A DNA stretch of 63,367 nucleotides, the filler included, from Basidiobolus meristosporus CBS 931.73 (lineage: Eukaryota; Fungi; Basidiobolomycota), in the NCBI GenBank assembly GCA_002104905.1. It is 3 parts of 3 records of this genome, joined end to end, with 100 filler letters (N's around TTAATTAATTAA, not from the genome) between each part and the next. Parts side by side here need not be neighbours in the genome. Positions count along the whole stretch, not along the records: positions 1 to 28,472 come from MCFE01000881.1; positions 28,573 to 53,961 come from MCFE01000931.1; 1 more part is not named here. One strand, 5' to 3'. Below the pieces are notes generated by a model that was given only the letters and a program-made list of their open reading frames with translations, searched no databases and had not been told where the DNA came from. Below are positions 26,245 to 40,300 of the stretch, one piece after another (position 1 is the first letter of the stretch; every line of letters starts with the position of its first letter). A program made the position numbers and the translations under genes.

Positions 26245-27486
26245 ATGGTCCCCATACCAAGCCTCAACTCATCTTTAGTACAACCCAGACAAAACCCATC
26301 CCCCAGCTCACTAGCACGGTCCGGACCGGAAAAGTCGATGTCGGATCTATTTGAGTTCTCGCCAAATGATTTTAGTATGGCCCAAGTGTCTATGATGAGC
26401 CTTCATACAGATATTTGGGCACTACTGATTAATCTAGCAGAACTAGATACCTCAGAGAGTTGACAAAGATGGAAGAATTTGAGTAGAAAGCTGTGGCATG
26501 AGTTCTACATCAAGATGCCAGCCAATGTATGTAAAAAGATATATAACAAGACAAGTATTGAAATCAAGAATGAGCTGAGAGTGAGGGGATTTGACGAGGA
26601 AGCCACGCGGGAACGATTCCGCGCGCAATTTGCACAGTACGGGCCGGACGCGTCCGTTTGTGCCTCAACTTTGGGAACCAAAGAGATTTTGAATGAGTTT
26701 TTGCCTCAAATGACTAATGTACTACGTGATATATTAGTAGAGCTAAGTGGCTTCCAAGAGCAATATACACAGGACTCATCCAGGCAACAGCTCCAAAGTA
26801 TCAGACAGAGGGTAAGTGAATACCTTGAGGAATCAGATGGTGAGCTTCAGGAGGAAGAATACAGACCGCAAGCAACATTGTCCAGATTGCGGCAGCACAC
26901 CTTGCTGGATTCCCTACCATCTCTTGCAACCACAGCGCGCCGGCGCATGTCAGTCCAGACCACGCCAACACCCTTTACCAGAACGCCCCGCATTGAGTCA
27001 ACGCGCGTGCTTCAGAGCAAAACTACCAGAACTTGCCAAACTGCTCATTTAGACACAAGTCCATTGGAGCAGACCGAGTCGCGTCAACATGCGGCATCAC
27101 ATTGAACTCAGCCAAGGGCCATCTCAATGCGTCAAGGCACGCCTACGCGTGCCGTTTCGCCTGACCATCAGCGAGTTACTTCTGGTGAACTGACTGATGA
27201 TGACCAACATGAAGTGCCTCAACCACCGGAGCCCTTGGCAAGTAAAAGAACGCATCAGCGCGTGGCACTACAGGCCGGTTCAGTTGGTTCAGTTGGTTCA
27301 GTCGGAGCAATTCAGCACGGCCAAGCTGCAGCATCGCACTCATCAACTAGGAGGCAAAATACTGACTACAAATACACAAGTAGCCAAGATGATAGTCAGC
27401 CAGGAAGTAGTATAGGTGTGCAAAGTGAGTCACTACCAAATGCTTCAGTAGTAATCCCTGTGAGAAAAAAACCCAGGAGAAGATGA
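26245..27486 (+). pseudogene. Harbinger accessory ORF (probable Myb/SANT/MADF-like DNA-binding protein, ~413 aa), two premature TGA stops
   Basis: WKNLSRKLWHEFYIKM..NVCKKIYNK resembles a trihelix/MADF segment. C-terminal RKKPRRR is NLS-like. Stops at 26461 and 27103 correspond to CGA and CAA in copy 2. The domain call is inferred from the Harbinger two-gene layout. Confidence 0.7.
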
Positions 27487-28472
27487 TGCAATCGCTTTGA
27501 ATTGCTCACATTTGTAATGATCCCAACAACCCTTTTTTTTTGCGATCCAAATCGAGCCATCGCAAATCAGTGATCATCAAATTTTTGATATAAGTAATAT
27601 CAAGGTTGTCTCACATTTGAGACAGAACCCCTATAAATAAACACCCTGCATATATATACATCATCTGTAATACCAGTGCAGCTATTGGATCTGTTTTGCA
27701 CCTACACAATTGCTTGCGTGCTAGCTATGACACCTTGCCCAATCACTAGGATCAGGGATTTACTTGCTCAATGGGCAAAATGGGATATTTGATGGCGAAT
27801 CAGGTAGCTTTTTCAGTAGTCAATGAGCCAATTGGGGGCTGCCAGCTTCAGGATACTTTTGGACCAATTAACCACTGAGATACCATCCAATTGGAGTGAG
27901 GGTAACCAAAATGGTAAGTATCAGTGTAGTTTATAGTGTGATACACATTTATTTCCATTTACATTAAAGAAACATATCCAAATACCGGATTTTACCTGCC
28001 ATTATAGCGGTATCCAATTGCGCACGTGATGCAAACATTACAAGTTGGCGCAATCATCCGCGCCAACCTCATTGTGTCAGATTGTGCCATAGTGTGCGAA
28101 GATCGTCCCGCATAGTGCAAAATTGTCCAAGAACGAATCCTGCCTTCTGGTAGCTATAATATTGCGCCCGATTCATTCTTTGCAACCGCGGATTGCGCCG
28201 CACGCCCTGGCACGGTACGATGGAACAAGTCTATAGACCCTTTCACTAGTAGCCCAGTTGAATTCTATCAGATTGATATTGGCTATTGTAGCCAAAAATA
28301 AGTCTTTTGCACATCAAATGCATGTAAAAAGCTGCATTTTGAATGGAGAATTGATGAGGACATGTACATGAACTAGCCTGATGGGTTTTACTGGCCCAGA
28401 TAACCTCCATTTGGTCTGCAAGCTTAAAAGTCTCAATATGGACTCAAACAATCACCAAGATGCTGGAATTGC

Positions 28473-28572
28473 NNNNNNNNNNNNNNNNNNNNNNNNNNNN
28501 NNNNNNNNNNNNNNNNTTAATTAATTAANNNNNNNNNNNNNNNNNNNNNNNNNNNNNNNNNNNNNNNNNNNN
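28473..28572. other. Artificial scaffold or contig linker (44 N + TTAATTAATTAA + 44 N)
   Basis: Fixed 100-nt structure repeated identically at 53962-54061, with stops in all six frames. Confidence 0.95.
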
Positions 28573-28614
28573 CACAAAATCATCAGTTTCCTAGTTGGCT
28601 TGACAAGCTTTAAG

Positions 28615-31600
28615 GCGTGAATGCACAATTGAAGTCAACAAATAGGTGGATCTGAAAAGTCATCCAAAAATAGATAATGCCCCAGCGTAGGAAGATCCTA
28701 GGGAATGACTATGATAATTCTAAAAGAGTATCCTAGGAGCTTTTCAAGCCCCCTGAGTCAACTTCAACCGATGGATCATCGGTTGAGCAATCAATAGATA
28801 GCAATGCTGATATGCGCTATTTAATAACGGATCAACTCGCTCAGATCATGATGATCATGTGTCAGTAAATCGACCTCAGATGCTACACATGTCTTCGAGT
28901 CGGGGGACCCAATAGATCATTTCCAAATATCGATGTTCACCAGGGTATCCAGTATTACATGTAGATCACTGCGGGATCTAAGTCTCGACATGTGTCTGGA
29001 TCTGGACATTGGCATTGGTCGAAACCCTTCTTTATGAGTCTGTAGGTAAGATCGATGAGAACGAGAAAGCTGCACAGAGACATCATTGGATATTTAGCGG
29101 CATACCGCAGTGTCCGTGTGGCTTGTTTACATCGCACCTTCAGGAACTTAATCTCCACATGCATCTCGGTCTGGACGTTAGCATTGGTGGAGACCCTCCT
29201 TTGTGAGGCTGCAGATATGTGCAATGGTGATACGAAGACTGCCGAGGGATTCCATTGGATACGTATCACCATACCGTGGTGAATTTGTAGCGTTGCTTAC
29301 ATTGACCCTGGATAGTGAAGGCACCCTTCGAAGGCTGGGATCGATTTCTTTCATGGACTAGTCGGCCACCCATTTCAGGGGGTAGATGGAGCATAAACCT
29401 CCTCTTGCGGATTTAGCTCCGGTGAATGAGATCATTCGAATAGCCTGAGCAAATTTAAGCCCTGTTAAATCACCGCCTCCTCACCGGCCAATCCGTGTGG
29501 GCCAATCGGGTGGCTTCTATCCAATCATCTTGCCTTTAGATCGGGTGAGCCGGTAAAGGATATCCAAATATTGATGAGCATTATGTGCAGATCGCTCCAT
29601 GATCTTCACTTTCAAACGCGTCTCGATCTGGACGTTGGCATTGGTGGAGATTATCCTTTCTGAGGCCGCAGTTATATCAGAGTTGATGATGCGAAGACTA
29701 CCTGTGGGGTTTCGTTGGATCCAGAGCTACGCGCCCCCGTGCTTACGTGGCTTGGCTACCGTAACTCGGGGTAGAAAATGAAAAATATTCATCACCAATC
29801 ATCGTGATCCCAGGCCAGTTCGAACCTGACTGAGAGCAGGAAAAAGTATAAAGAGCCGGTCGTCGCTCCTGAACAAATTGTAAACACTCATCCATTCCAG
29901 AAATCCTTCTGCTGCGCTGAACTCACAGTCTCCGTCGACCCCGCTTCGTACTCAAGATATTCCGCTGGGAGAAGGTCTCTTCTAACCGAAGCAGCCGTCC
30001 GTCTTGCCGCGAAGGATCTCCCGATGCCGAGTCTATACGTGCTGTGAATAAAAGCTCTTCAGACCATTTATGCTTTCTTGATATGATTTATTATTACGAG
30101 AACGTTGGACGCGCTGCGCGCCATAATTTATAGAATACGCCCTTTGGAAAGGACTTTAATTTATATCGTATGGATGGCTGTTACTCGGTAGTCAAAGCGG
30201 TGGTTTGCCATTTTTCACCAATATAAGAAGATTAATAATCAGTTGCCGAATGCTCTCCATGATGACCTTGTCACTCCCTAGTCCAGTGCTTGAATACAGT
30301 ACTACTAATGCAGTAAGCAACGGAAGTTATCCGGGTATTTGCTGGTTATGAGCAACAGCGACACAATTCTGTAGCGCGTATACTATAAGCAATATGGCGG
30401 TGTGCAGAGCGAACTTCTGGTTACGCATGACTCGTCATGAATTGGTGCTGTGCTACATGAATTCACAAGCCCGGTTCGAAGGTACGCTGCTGGTGGTACC
30501 TAACTTGCCTTTCTAGAACCTGATTGAGTATAAAATTAGGGTGGTGCAAGGGCGGTGGGATGATGATTCAAGTGTCGTCCTCACTCACATCGCCAACCAA
30601 ACTTTGCCAGCCATGGGGTTTGGGGCCTGTTATTAGGTTGGGTTTTGACAAGGATCTATGGGGCGAATGAATGGGAACTCATCCATCCCAACCGAACAAC
30701 GTAAGGCTCACTACTAACGAGGCCAAGGCTTCCGTGCAGCTACTGGCTGAGCACCAGGTTCTTGTATTGCGCGTAGCCACGCATGATTCAATGATGTGCA
30801 TTGTGTATAGATGTCTGTACAAGCAATCCATTGTGAATCGTTGGTTGAGTTGTTTTCCAATGTGTATCATACAGTCCTGAATAAATGGCAAAAATAATAA
30901 TCCTAGTTTGGTCAATATTGTGCACACCAGGAATCCGGGGACCAGTAACTTTGGCAGCCCAAGTCACTCTCGACACTCCCCATACAAAAGCAATTGTATT
31001 GCAAGTTTGCTGTTGAATACCCGCTTTAAGATTGATTAAAAATGAACAGGGACAAGGGTTGGTTCACTTTAGGCAAGTCATTTCTACTCATCGCATCAAC
31101 AAACGAATAATTTGGCAGACTTGCCGTCTAGGGATCACAAGCGTTACACCTCTGTTGCCTTCTCCTTGCACTAAACAAATTTTCCGCATTCAGGAAACTT
31201 GGCAATTTCTTGATTGGCTTCGCGGTTTTATGGTGCGGATGCACTATTTAGCCTGACAATATGGTGATCGCATACGTTATACAAAAACAGACCGAATTCC
31301 AGGTGAATGCAGATCGTAGAGAGTGATTAGGATGTTTCGAAAACCAACGTTCCTTGGGCTTTCCAAGCCATCTGAGCCCATATCAACCCCAATTGAGCAT
31401 CGGGGGATATATATAGTAAGGAAATATGATATGCGCATTTCATCGATGGATCGGCTCCCACGCATAATGAGATGGGATGCCTCGTCAAATCGGTCTTCGC
31501 ATCGGAGCACCCGATAAATCATTTCCAAATATCGATGTTTACCAGGGTGTCCAGTAAGCATTCTGTGCAGATCGCTTCGGGATCCAAGTCTCGACATGTG

Positions 31601-33410
31601 TCTGACCTTCGTAGAGACCCTCCTCTATGAGGCTTTAGGTATGATCAATGATAACATGAAAGCTGCGAAGAGATTTCATTGGATATTGAGCGGCATACCG
31701 CAGTGTCTGTGTAGCGTTGTTTACATGGACCTGGGATAGCCAAATGCAAGGCGACCCTTCGATGACAGGGATCAACTTGAATCATGGATCAGTCAGTCAC
31801 CCATCTCAGGGTGTGGATGAGGCGTTAACCTCTTATGGATCGATTTTCGGTGAATGAGATCCTTCGAATGACCTGGGGAAACTTAAACCCTGGTAGGTCC
31901 CGCCTACCACCGACACCGACATCCAATCAACTTGCCTTCACATGAGATGAACCGGTAGAGTATGTCCGCATATTGATGAGCATTATGCGCAGATCGCTCC
32001 GTGATCTGAATCTTTTTACGCGTCTCGATCTAGCCGTTGGCAGAGGTATACCAGTGTTGATGATGCAAGCCTACCCGAGGGACTTCATTGGATCCAGACC
32101 CCTACCGCAGTGACTACGAAGGGCTATCTACCACGACCCGGGACAGCCCGGGAAAAATATTCAGCGCTAGTCAGCGTAACCCTGAGTCGGGTTTGAAGCT
32201 GACTGTGAGCAGGAAAAGTATAAAGAGCCGGTCGTCGCTCCTGAACAAATTGTAAACACTCATCCATTCCAAAAATCCTTCTGCTGCGCTGAACTCACAG
32301 TCTCCGCCGACCCCGCTTCGTACTCCAGATATTCCGCTGGGCAAAGGTCCCTTCTCACCGAAGCAAGCCGTCCGTCTTGCCGCGAAGAATCTCCGATGCT
32401 GAGTCGATACGTGTTGTGAATAAATGTTCTTCAGATCATTCTTGTTTGCCTTATGTTTCTTGGAAGGAAATTGTATGACGATTGGTTGGCATTAATCGCT
32501 TAAGTGATTGACGCGCTTTCGTTGTGTATGCGTACATCAACTGAGTTTATGTTTGACAGCCGACGTCGTGTACTCATTGACAGTGTCCTTTGCTACATTG
32601 TAAATAGTGAATTTAAAAGCTTCTGTGTATTCACCAGTGCTCCTAGTACTCGCTGATGCAATGGTTTAAACAATTTGCATCAATTAATCACGGAGGTGTG
32701 TCTAACTAAGCGTCTGTATACGCTTGGTTCTTCATGAATTGAGTGTGTGCAAAATGAATTCACAAGCCTGGTTCGAAGGTACGCTCCTGGTGGTACCTAA
32801 CTTGCCTTTCTAGAACCTGATTGAGTATAAAACCAGGGTGGTGCAAGGGCGGTGGGATGATGATTAAAGTGATTGTCCTCACTCACATCGCCAACCAACT
32901 GCCAGCCATGGGGTTGGTGTCCCGAAATATTCTGTCCTCGCATATTGGGTCCTTGACCAAAGCCGAATCTGATCGAATCAAACTATACTTCGTGAAAGCC
33001 TGGACTTGGGTTCCGCTTAATGGTGTGATCATTATATGCATCATCTCATACACAGGAAGCGGCGGAAATCTAAATTGGTTCGCAATATGGGGTTCGGGAC
33101 CTGTTATTAGGTTGGGTCTTGACAAGGATCTATGGGGTGAATGAATGGGAGCTCATCCATCCCAACCGAACAACATAGAGGTTCACTACTAACGCGGCCA
33201 AGGCTCCCGTGCGGCTACTGGCTGAGCACCAGCGTTCTTGTATTGCGCGTAGCCATACGCATGATTCAATGATGTTCATTGTGTATAGATATCTGTACAA
33301 GCGATCCATTGTGAATATCGTATAGAGCATTGAGTCGTTTTCCAATGTGTATCATACCGTCCTAAATACAAGTGGCAAAAATCATGATCCAAGTGTAGTT
33401 GGGGTTGTCT
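28615..33410. repeat. Diverged tandem duplication (~2.3-2.7 kb unit) of CpG-rich, LTR-like non-coding sequence
   Basis: 29827-30066 is near-identical to 32199-32437 (TATAAAGAGCCGGTCGTCGCTCC...GTGAATAAA). 30450-30930 matches 32740-33410 with an insertion. 28900-29000 matches 31500-31600. Confidence 0.75.
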
Positions 33411-34238
33411 TGGCTGGAATAAAGTCTTAGATAGTGGGGAAAGATTGAAGCCCCAAAGTATGTCCAGTATTACCCTCAAGCACTTGCATGCTGCAACCCC
33501 TGAATAGAGCTTTGGTATAATCCACAAAGTTTATCTTGACAATACTTGGCTTACACCTAAATTACTTGTACACCCTAATATTCTGAATGGCTTACTCCCA
33601 AACCATGGATCATTGACTTGGCGTTCAACTTGCGACCAATGAGCTGATTTGGTGAATTTGGATGGCACAGAAGTTGGCAAGATTTTTGGACTGGTCAAAA
33701 ATTGGATGACTTCTTCTTGGGGCCTGTTTTGATCTACAGTTACCATCAGTTGCACAAAGCACTTCACTTATATCATCACAAATACCATGGGCGAGTTCAA
33801 TGCAGTCAGAGGCAAATATGGTTCTTTTTTCCCAGTTCTTCACCTCACTTCCAATACCCCCCCCACATTGTGGCAATGACTGTTACTGTAGGACTTGGCA
33901 CTTATACTATCCACAGGTTGGTGCAAAGCTGTTTGACAACTGCCAATAGCTCATGACAGGTAGATAGGAAGTCATGCTCAGAAAGGTACCAAAACTCATG
34001 TATCCAATATGTATTGCTCTACAATAATGAGAGATCCAATGCGCTGTAAATTGGTCACCTTGGTTAGGCACTGAAGGTGTGTAAGTAAGACCATATGAAA
34101 GTGTAAATCTTACTCTCACATCAGATAAATCATCAGTGAAGATCACCTCAACTACTTACCTTCCTAATTACCCCTGGCATCTTGGACACTCTTACAACAA
34201 CTTTTAAGTCCCAAGCTGTCACTTGCTGGAATGGCTAC

Positions 34239-37200
34239 TATTGTAAAATTTGTAATTCCACCTAAATATTCACCTAACCTAGTCACATAGATCATTACCT
34301 TCAAATGCTAGAGAATACTGACCAAATTCCTTGTCAGGGCTTGGAATATTTTTACCAAAATACCAAATACCCAGAACATGAAAATTCTCAAGGTTGTCCA
34401 AACAGGCCCAAGCTTTGCACAAATGCTCTTAGGACCTTCCTTAACTTATTCTACATGTTTATTATACCAAGACCATGTAAAAGTATAAATACTACTTGTA
34501 CATTCAACAAATCATTAAGTAAAAACCACATAATCTACTTGTCCTCCCAAATCACTTCCAATATCTCCAAGACTCTTACAACAGGTAATGAGCCCCAAGC
34601 TGTCACTCTCTGCAATGTCTACCACTGCTATTAATGGAATTCTTTCCTCTCTTGAAAAGTTGGATGTACCTAACTACCAAGTGTGGAAGGTGAAGATGAA
34701 GATGCTGCTACAAGAAAGAGGCCTTTAGGATATTGTCATGGGAGAAGAATGCCCTTCTAAAAACGTGGTAGAGGAAGCTTTAAAGTACCAGAAGAAAGAG
34801 CAAAGTGCCTTTAACTGCATTTGCCTCAATGTTGAAGACAAATTGCCAATTCAATGCTCAAGAGCAAAAACAGCAAAGAATGCCTGGAAGGCACTCAAAG
34901 ACACCTACCAGTCATGTTCAGCTGCTAAGAAAATGTATCTGAGACAGAAATTCTTTACTACAAAGATGCTGCCAGGAGAAGAAATGAAAAATCAAACTAA
35001 CAGAATTTCCCCGCTGGTAGATAAGATGGAATCTGTGGGTGTACCAATTACTGATGAGGATGTGATAGTTACCTTCATGAATAGCCTGACAGACAAGTTT
35101 CAGGGCCTTGTATCAGCCCTAGAGTCCCGTACTGAAGATTTGACCTTAAATTACGTATATGGAAGGCTCCTGGATGAAGAATTAAGAAAATCAAGCACCA
35201 ATAAGAAAGAGGAAGAAAATGCTTAATAAGCAATGATAACCAACAAAGGAGGTACCCAAGACCCTACAAAGGCAACAGCAACCTGTCTTGCAACTACTGC
35301 AAGAGGAAAGAACACACATCAGACCGGTGTCCCAAAAAGAGAGATAATCAGCAAAAGAAGCCTAAATATGGAAATGCTGCAATGACTGAAGATACACTAT
35401 TCATATCTGCACTAAATACAACCACAAACAAGGATTCTCAGACGTGGTATATTGACTCTGGAGCATCTCAACACTTTAGGCACCAAAAAGAATGCTTACC
35501 CAATATCAAGATATTCCAATCAAGAAGGTTTTGATGGGTGACAATAAAACACATGATGAAGTGGGAGAAGGAACTATCCAAGTAAACCTTAGAAGCAGTG
35601 AGGGAAGCCATACACTGACCTTTAAAGAAGTACTCTATGTACCAGAAATAGCCAAGAACCTGCTATCTGTAAGCAAGGCCACTGCACAAGGACTCTGTTT
35701 CAGCTTTGACAATTCTGGATGCAGGATCACTGATCAAAATGGTGCACATATTGCTTTGGGTGTCTGAGATCAGAATCTATACAAGCTGACTTATATTCCA
35801 TCATATCTGGAAGCCAATATAAGTAACTTGAATGAAGAAACACCATTGCTTTGGCACAGGAGATTTGGGCACATCAATTTTGATTATTTGCCCAAAATGA
35901 TCAAAGAACAGCTAATTTCCGGAGTAAAAATTGATCCCCAGCTGATTTGGTGCACATCAAAGCCTGCATATATGGGAAACAAACCAGACAACTGTTCAAG
36001 AGTTCTGGGTTAATCAAAACTAAGAAAAAATTAGATCTAATTCACTCAGATCTGTGTGGACCTATGCAAGATTTATCCTTAGGTGGGATGAGGTATTTAA
36101 TCACTGTAATTGATGATTATACAAGATACACATGGGTTTACTTCATGGAGAGAAAGGAAGAAGCTCTGTCTAAGTTCAGGGAGCACAAATTCATGGTGGA
36201 GAGAGAAACTGGTGAAAAAATTAAGAAAATATGCTCTGACAATGGTGGAGTATATACCTCAAAACTCTTCATCCACTACTACAAAGTTCATGGGATAAAG
36301 CAAGAGACCACCATACTTTACTCCCCACAGCAAAATAGAGTAGTAGGATCTTCAAACAGATCAATAGTTGATATGGCAAGATCTATGATCCATGAACAAA
36401 AATTATCCTATGATTTTTGGGCTGAATCAGTTGCCACGGCTGTGTACCTCAAGAATAGAAGTTATAACAGAGTACTTGGTGATTCTACTCCATTTGAAGC
36501 TTGCTATGGATACAGACCAAGTGCAGAACATCTAAGAATATATGGGTGTACAGCATATGCCAAGAAACTGCCTGGAAATCAGTCAAAATTTGAGCCAAAA
36601 GTGTAAAGTGCATATTTTTGGGCTACTGCAATGAAAGTAAAGCATACAGACTCTACAATACCAAAGCAAAGTAGCTAATCAAGTCCAGGGATGTGTTGTC
36701 CAATGAAAACTCACAATTTTCACAAAGAATGACATCAGATGATGACAAAAATCTGATCTCAAGTCCACCAATTGCCAGGATTGAATCAGAGCAAAAGAAT
36801 GCAAATTCTTTCACTCCAGAGGACTCTACAACCATAGTTCAGCCTGAAGCAGTGCCCAGGAATACCCCAGAAGTGATCATGCCAGTATTAAATGCCAGGA
36901 GATTCAACTGGACAGGAAATAACCCATTTTACTATATCAATGAGGGTACAAACTTTGCCTATGCCTATTTAGTCCAAATTGATGAACCCCAGACTATAAA
37001 AGAGGCCCTAAATAGCCCGCAGACAAAGTTTTGGAGATCTGCAATGACTGAGGAATATCAGGCTCTGATGGAAAATCAAACTTGGGGCTTGGTCAAATTA
37101 GCAATCAATCAAAAATCAATTGGATGCAGATGGGTCTTCATGACAAAATACAAGGCCAATGGTACAGTTAAAAGATACAAAGCAAGACTTGTGGCCAAAG

Positions 37201-37308
37201 GATACTCTCAAACAAAAGGACTTGACTATACTGAGACCTTTGCACTGGTTGCCAAGTGTAATTCCATCAGACTAATATTGGCTATTGCAGCCAAATATAT
37301 GTTTTTTA
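34239..37308 (+). mobile_element. Copia element A (5' LTR 34239-34583, PBS 34584-34595, gag-PR-IN-start of RT), cut off by insertion of element B
   Basis: Gag 34738..35226. WYIDSGASQH protease. Integrase [48 protein letters not shown] order is diagnostic for copia. Confidence 0.93.
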
Positions 37309-40300
37309 TGTTGTAAAAATTTGTATTTCCACCTAAATATTCACCTAACTTGGTCACTTAGATCATCACCTTCAAATCCTCAAGAGTACTGACCAAAATT
37401 CCTTGTCGGGACTTACTTAAAATATACTCACCAAAACACCAGGTACCCAGAACATGAAAATTCTCAAAGTTGTCCAAACAGCCCCAAACTTTGCACACAT
37501 GCTCTTGGGACCTTCCTTAACCTATTCTACATGTTTGTAATGCCAAGACCAGGTAAAAGTATAAATACTACTTTTACATTCAATATATCATCAAGTGAAA
37601 ACTACACAATTTACTTGTCCTCCCAATCACTTCCAATATCTCTAAGACTCTTACAACAGGTTATGAGCCCCAAGCTGTCACTCTCTGCAATGTCTACTAC
37701 TGCTAATACTGGAATTTTTCCCTCTGCTGAAAAGTTGGATGGATCTAACTACCAAGTGTGAAAGGTGAAGATGAAGATGCTACTACAAGAAAGAGGCCTT
37801 TGGGATATTGTCATAGGAGAAGAATGCCCTCCTAAAAGCGTGGGAGAGGAAGCCTTAAAGTACCAGAAGAAAGAACAAAGTGCCTTTAACTGCATTTGCC
37901 TTAATGTCAAGGACAAATTGCTGATTCAATGCTCAAGAGCAAAAATGGCAAAGAATGCCTGGAAGGCATTAGAAGACACCTACCAGTCATGTTCAGCTGC
38001 CAAGAAGATGTATCTGAGACAAAAATTCTTTACTACAAAGATGCTGCCAGGAGAAGAAATGAAAAATCTAATTAACAGATTTACCCTGCTGGTAGATGAG
38101 ATGGAATCTGTGGGCGCACCAACTACTGATGAGGATGTGATAGTTACCATCCTGAATAGCCTGACAGACAAGTTTTAGGGCCTTGTATCAGCCCTAGAGT
38201 CCAGAACTGAAGATTTGACCTTAAATTACGTATATGGAAGGCTCCTGAATGAAGAATTAAGAAAATCAAGTGCTAATAAGAAGGAAGAAGAAAATGCTTT
38301 AATAAGCAATGCTAACCCACAAAGGAGGTACCCAAGACCCTACAAAGGCAACAGCAACCTGTTTTGTAACTACTGCAAAAGGAAAGGACACACATCAGAC
38401 CGGTTTCTCACAAAGAAAGATAATCAGCAAAAGAAGTCTGAATATGGAAATGCTGCAACAACTGAAGATAGACTATTCATATCTGCACTAAATATGACCA
38501 CAAACAAGGATTCTCAAACGTGGTATATTGACTCTGGAGCATCTCAACACTTTACACAACAAAAAGAACTTTTTACCCAATATTAAGAAATTCCAATAAA
38601 GAAGGTTTTCATGGGCAACAATAGAACACTTGATGCAGTGGGAGAAGGAATCATCCAAGTAAACCTTAGAAGCAGTGAAGGAAGCCATACACTGACCTTT
38701 AAAGAAGTACTCTATGTACCAGAAATAGCCAAGAACCTACCCTCTGTAAGCAAGGCCACAGCAGAAGGACTCAGTTTCAGTTTTGGCAATTCTGGATGCA
38801 GGATCACTGATCAAAATGGTGCCCCTATTGCTTTGGGCATCAGAGATCAGAATCTATACAAGCTGACTTATATTCCATCATATCTGGAAGCCAATATAAG
38901 TAACTTAAATGAAGAAACACCAATGCTTTGGCACCAGAGATTTCAACACATCAATTTTGATTATTTGCAAAAAATGATCAAAGATCAGCTAATTTCTGGA
39001 GTGAAAATTGATCCCCCAGCTAATTTGGAGCACTGTGAAGCCTGCATATATGGGAAACAAAGCAGACAACCATTCAAGAGTTCTGGGTTAATCAAAACTA
39101 AGAAAAAATCAGATCTAATTCACTCAGATCTGTGTGGACCTATGCAAGATCTATCCTTAGGTGGGATGAAGTGTTTAATCACTTTTATTGATGATTATGC
39201 AAGATACACATGGGTCTACTTCATGGCAAGAAAGGAAGAAGCTCTGTCTAAGTTCAGGGAGTTTAAAGCCATGGCGGAGAGAGAAACTGGTGAAAAAATC
39301 AAGAAAATACACTCTGACAATGGTAGAGAATATACCTCAAAACTCTTCATCCACTTCTGCAAAATTCATGGGATAAAGCAAGAGACTACCATACCATACT
39401 CCCCACAGCAAAATGGAGTAGCAGAATCTTCAAACAGAATAATAATTGATATGACAAGATCTATGATCCATGATCAAGTATTATCCTATGATTTTTGGGC
39501 TAAATCAGTTGCCACAGCTGTGTACCTCAAGAATAGAAGTTATAACAGAGTACTTGGTGATTCTACTCCATTTGAAGCTTGCTATGGATACAGACCAAGT
39601 GCAGAACATCTAAGAATATTTGGGTGTAGAGCATATGCCAAGAAACTGCCTGGAAATCAGTCAAAATTTGAGCCAAAAGTGTAAAGTGCATATTTTTGGG
39701 CTACTGCAATGAAAGTAAAGCATACAGACTCTACAATACCAAAGCAAAGAAGCTAATCAAGTCCAGGGATGTGTTGTCTGATGAAAACTCAAAATTTTCA
39801 CAAAAAATGACATCAGATGATGACAAAAATCTGATCTCAAGTCCACCAATTGCCAGGATTGAATTGGAGCAAAAGAATGCAAGTTCTTTCACTCCAGAGG
39901 ACTCTACAACCATAGTTCAGCCTGAAGCAGTGCCCAGGAATACCCCAGAAGTGATCATGCCAGTATTAAATGCCAGGATATTCAACTGGACAGGAAATAA
40001 CCCATTTTCCTATATCAATGAGGGTACAAACTTTGCCTATGCCTATTTAGTCCAAATTGATGAGCCCCAGACTGTAAAAGAGGCCCTAAATAGCCCGCAG
40101 ACAAAGTTTTGGAGATCTGCAATGACTGAGGAATATCAGGCCCTGATGGAAAATCAAACTTGGGACTTAGTCAAATAACTAATCCACTAAAAATCAATTG
40201 GATGCAGATGGGTCTTCAAGACAAAATACAAGGCTGATGGTACAATTGAAAGATACAAAGCAAGACTTGTGGCCAAAGGATACTCTCAAACAAAAGGACT

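Larger units (their letters stand above)
23743..28232 (-). mobile_element. PIF/Harbinger-type (PHIS group) DNA transposon, copy 1
   Basis: 11-bp TIR AGACTTGTTCC at 23743 and its reverse complement ending at 28232. 3-bp ATA flanks on both sides. About 3.4 kb after removing the LTR insertion. Two divergent ORFs. Confidence 0.88.

Noticed and set aside
28473-28572. Palindromic TTAATTAATTAA inside N runs (also 54006-54017)
   Set aside because: Identical fixed-length construct at both gaps with stops in six frames, so an assembly or concatenation linker. It also means the distance from the gene island to the telomere cannot be claimed.
33420-34170. Short minus-strand ORFs possibly from an RT or transposase relic
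   Set aside because: No motif strong enough to assign.
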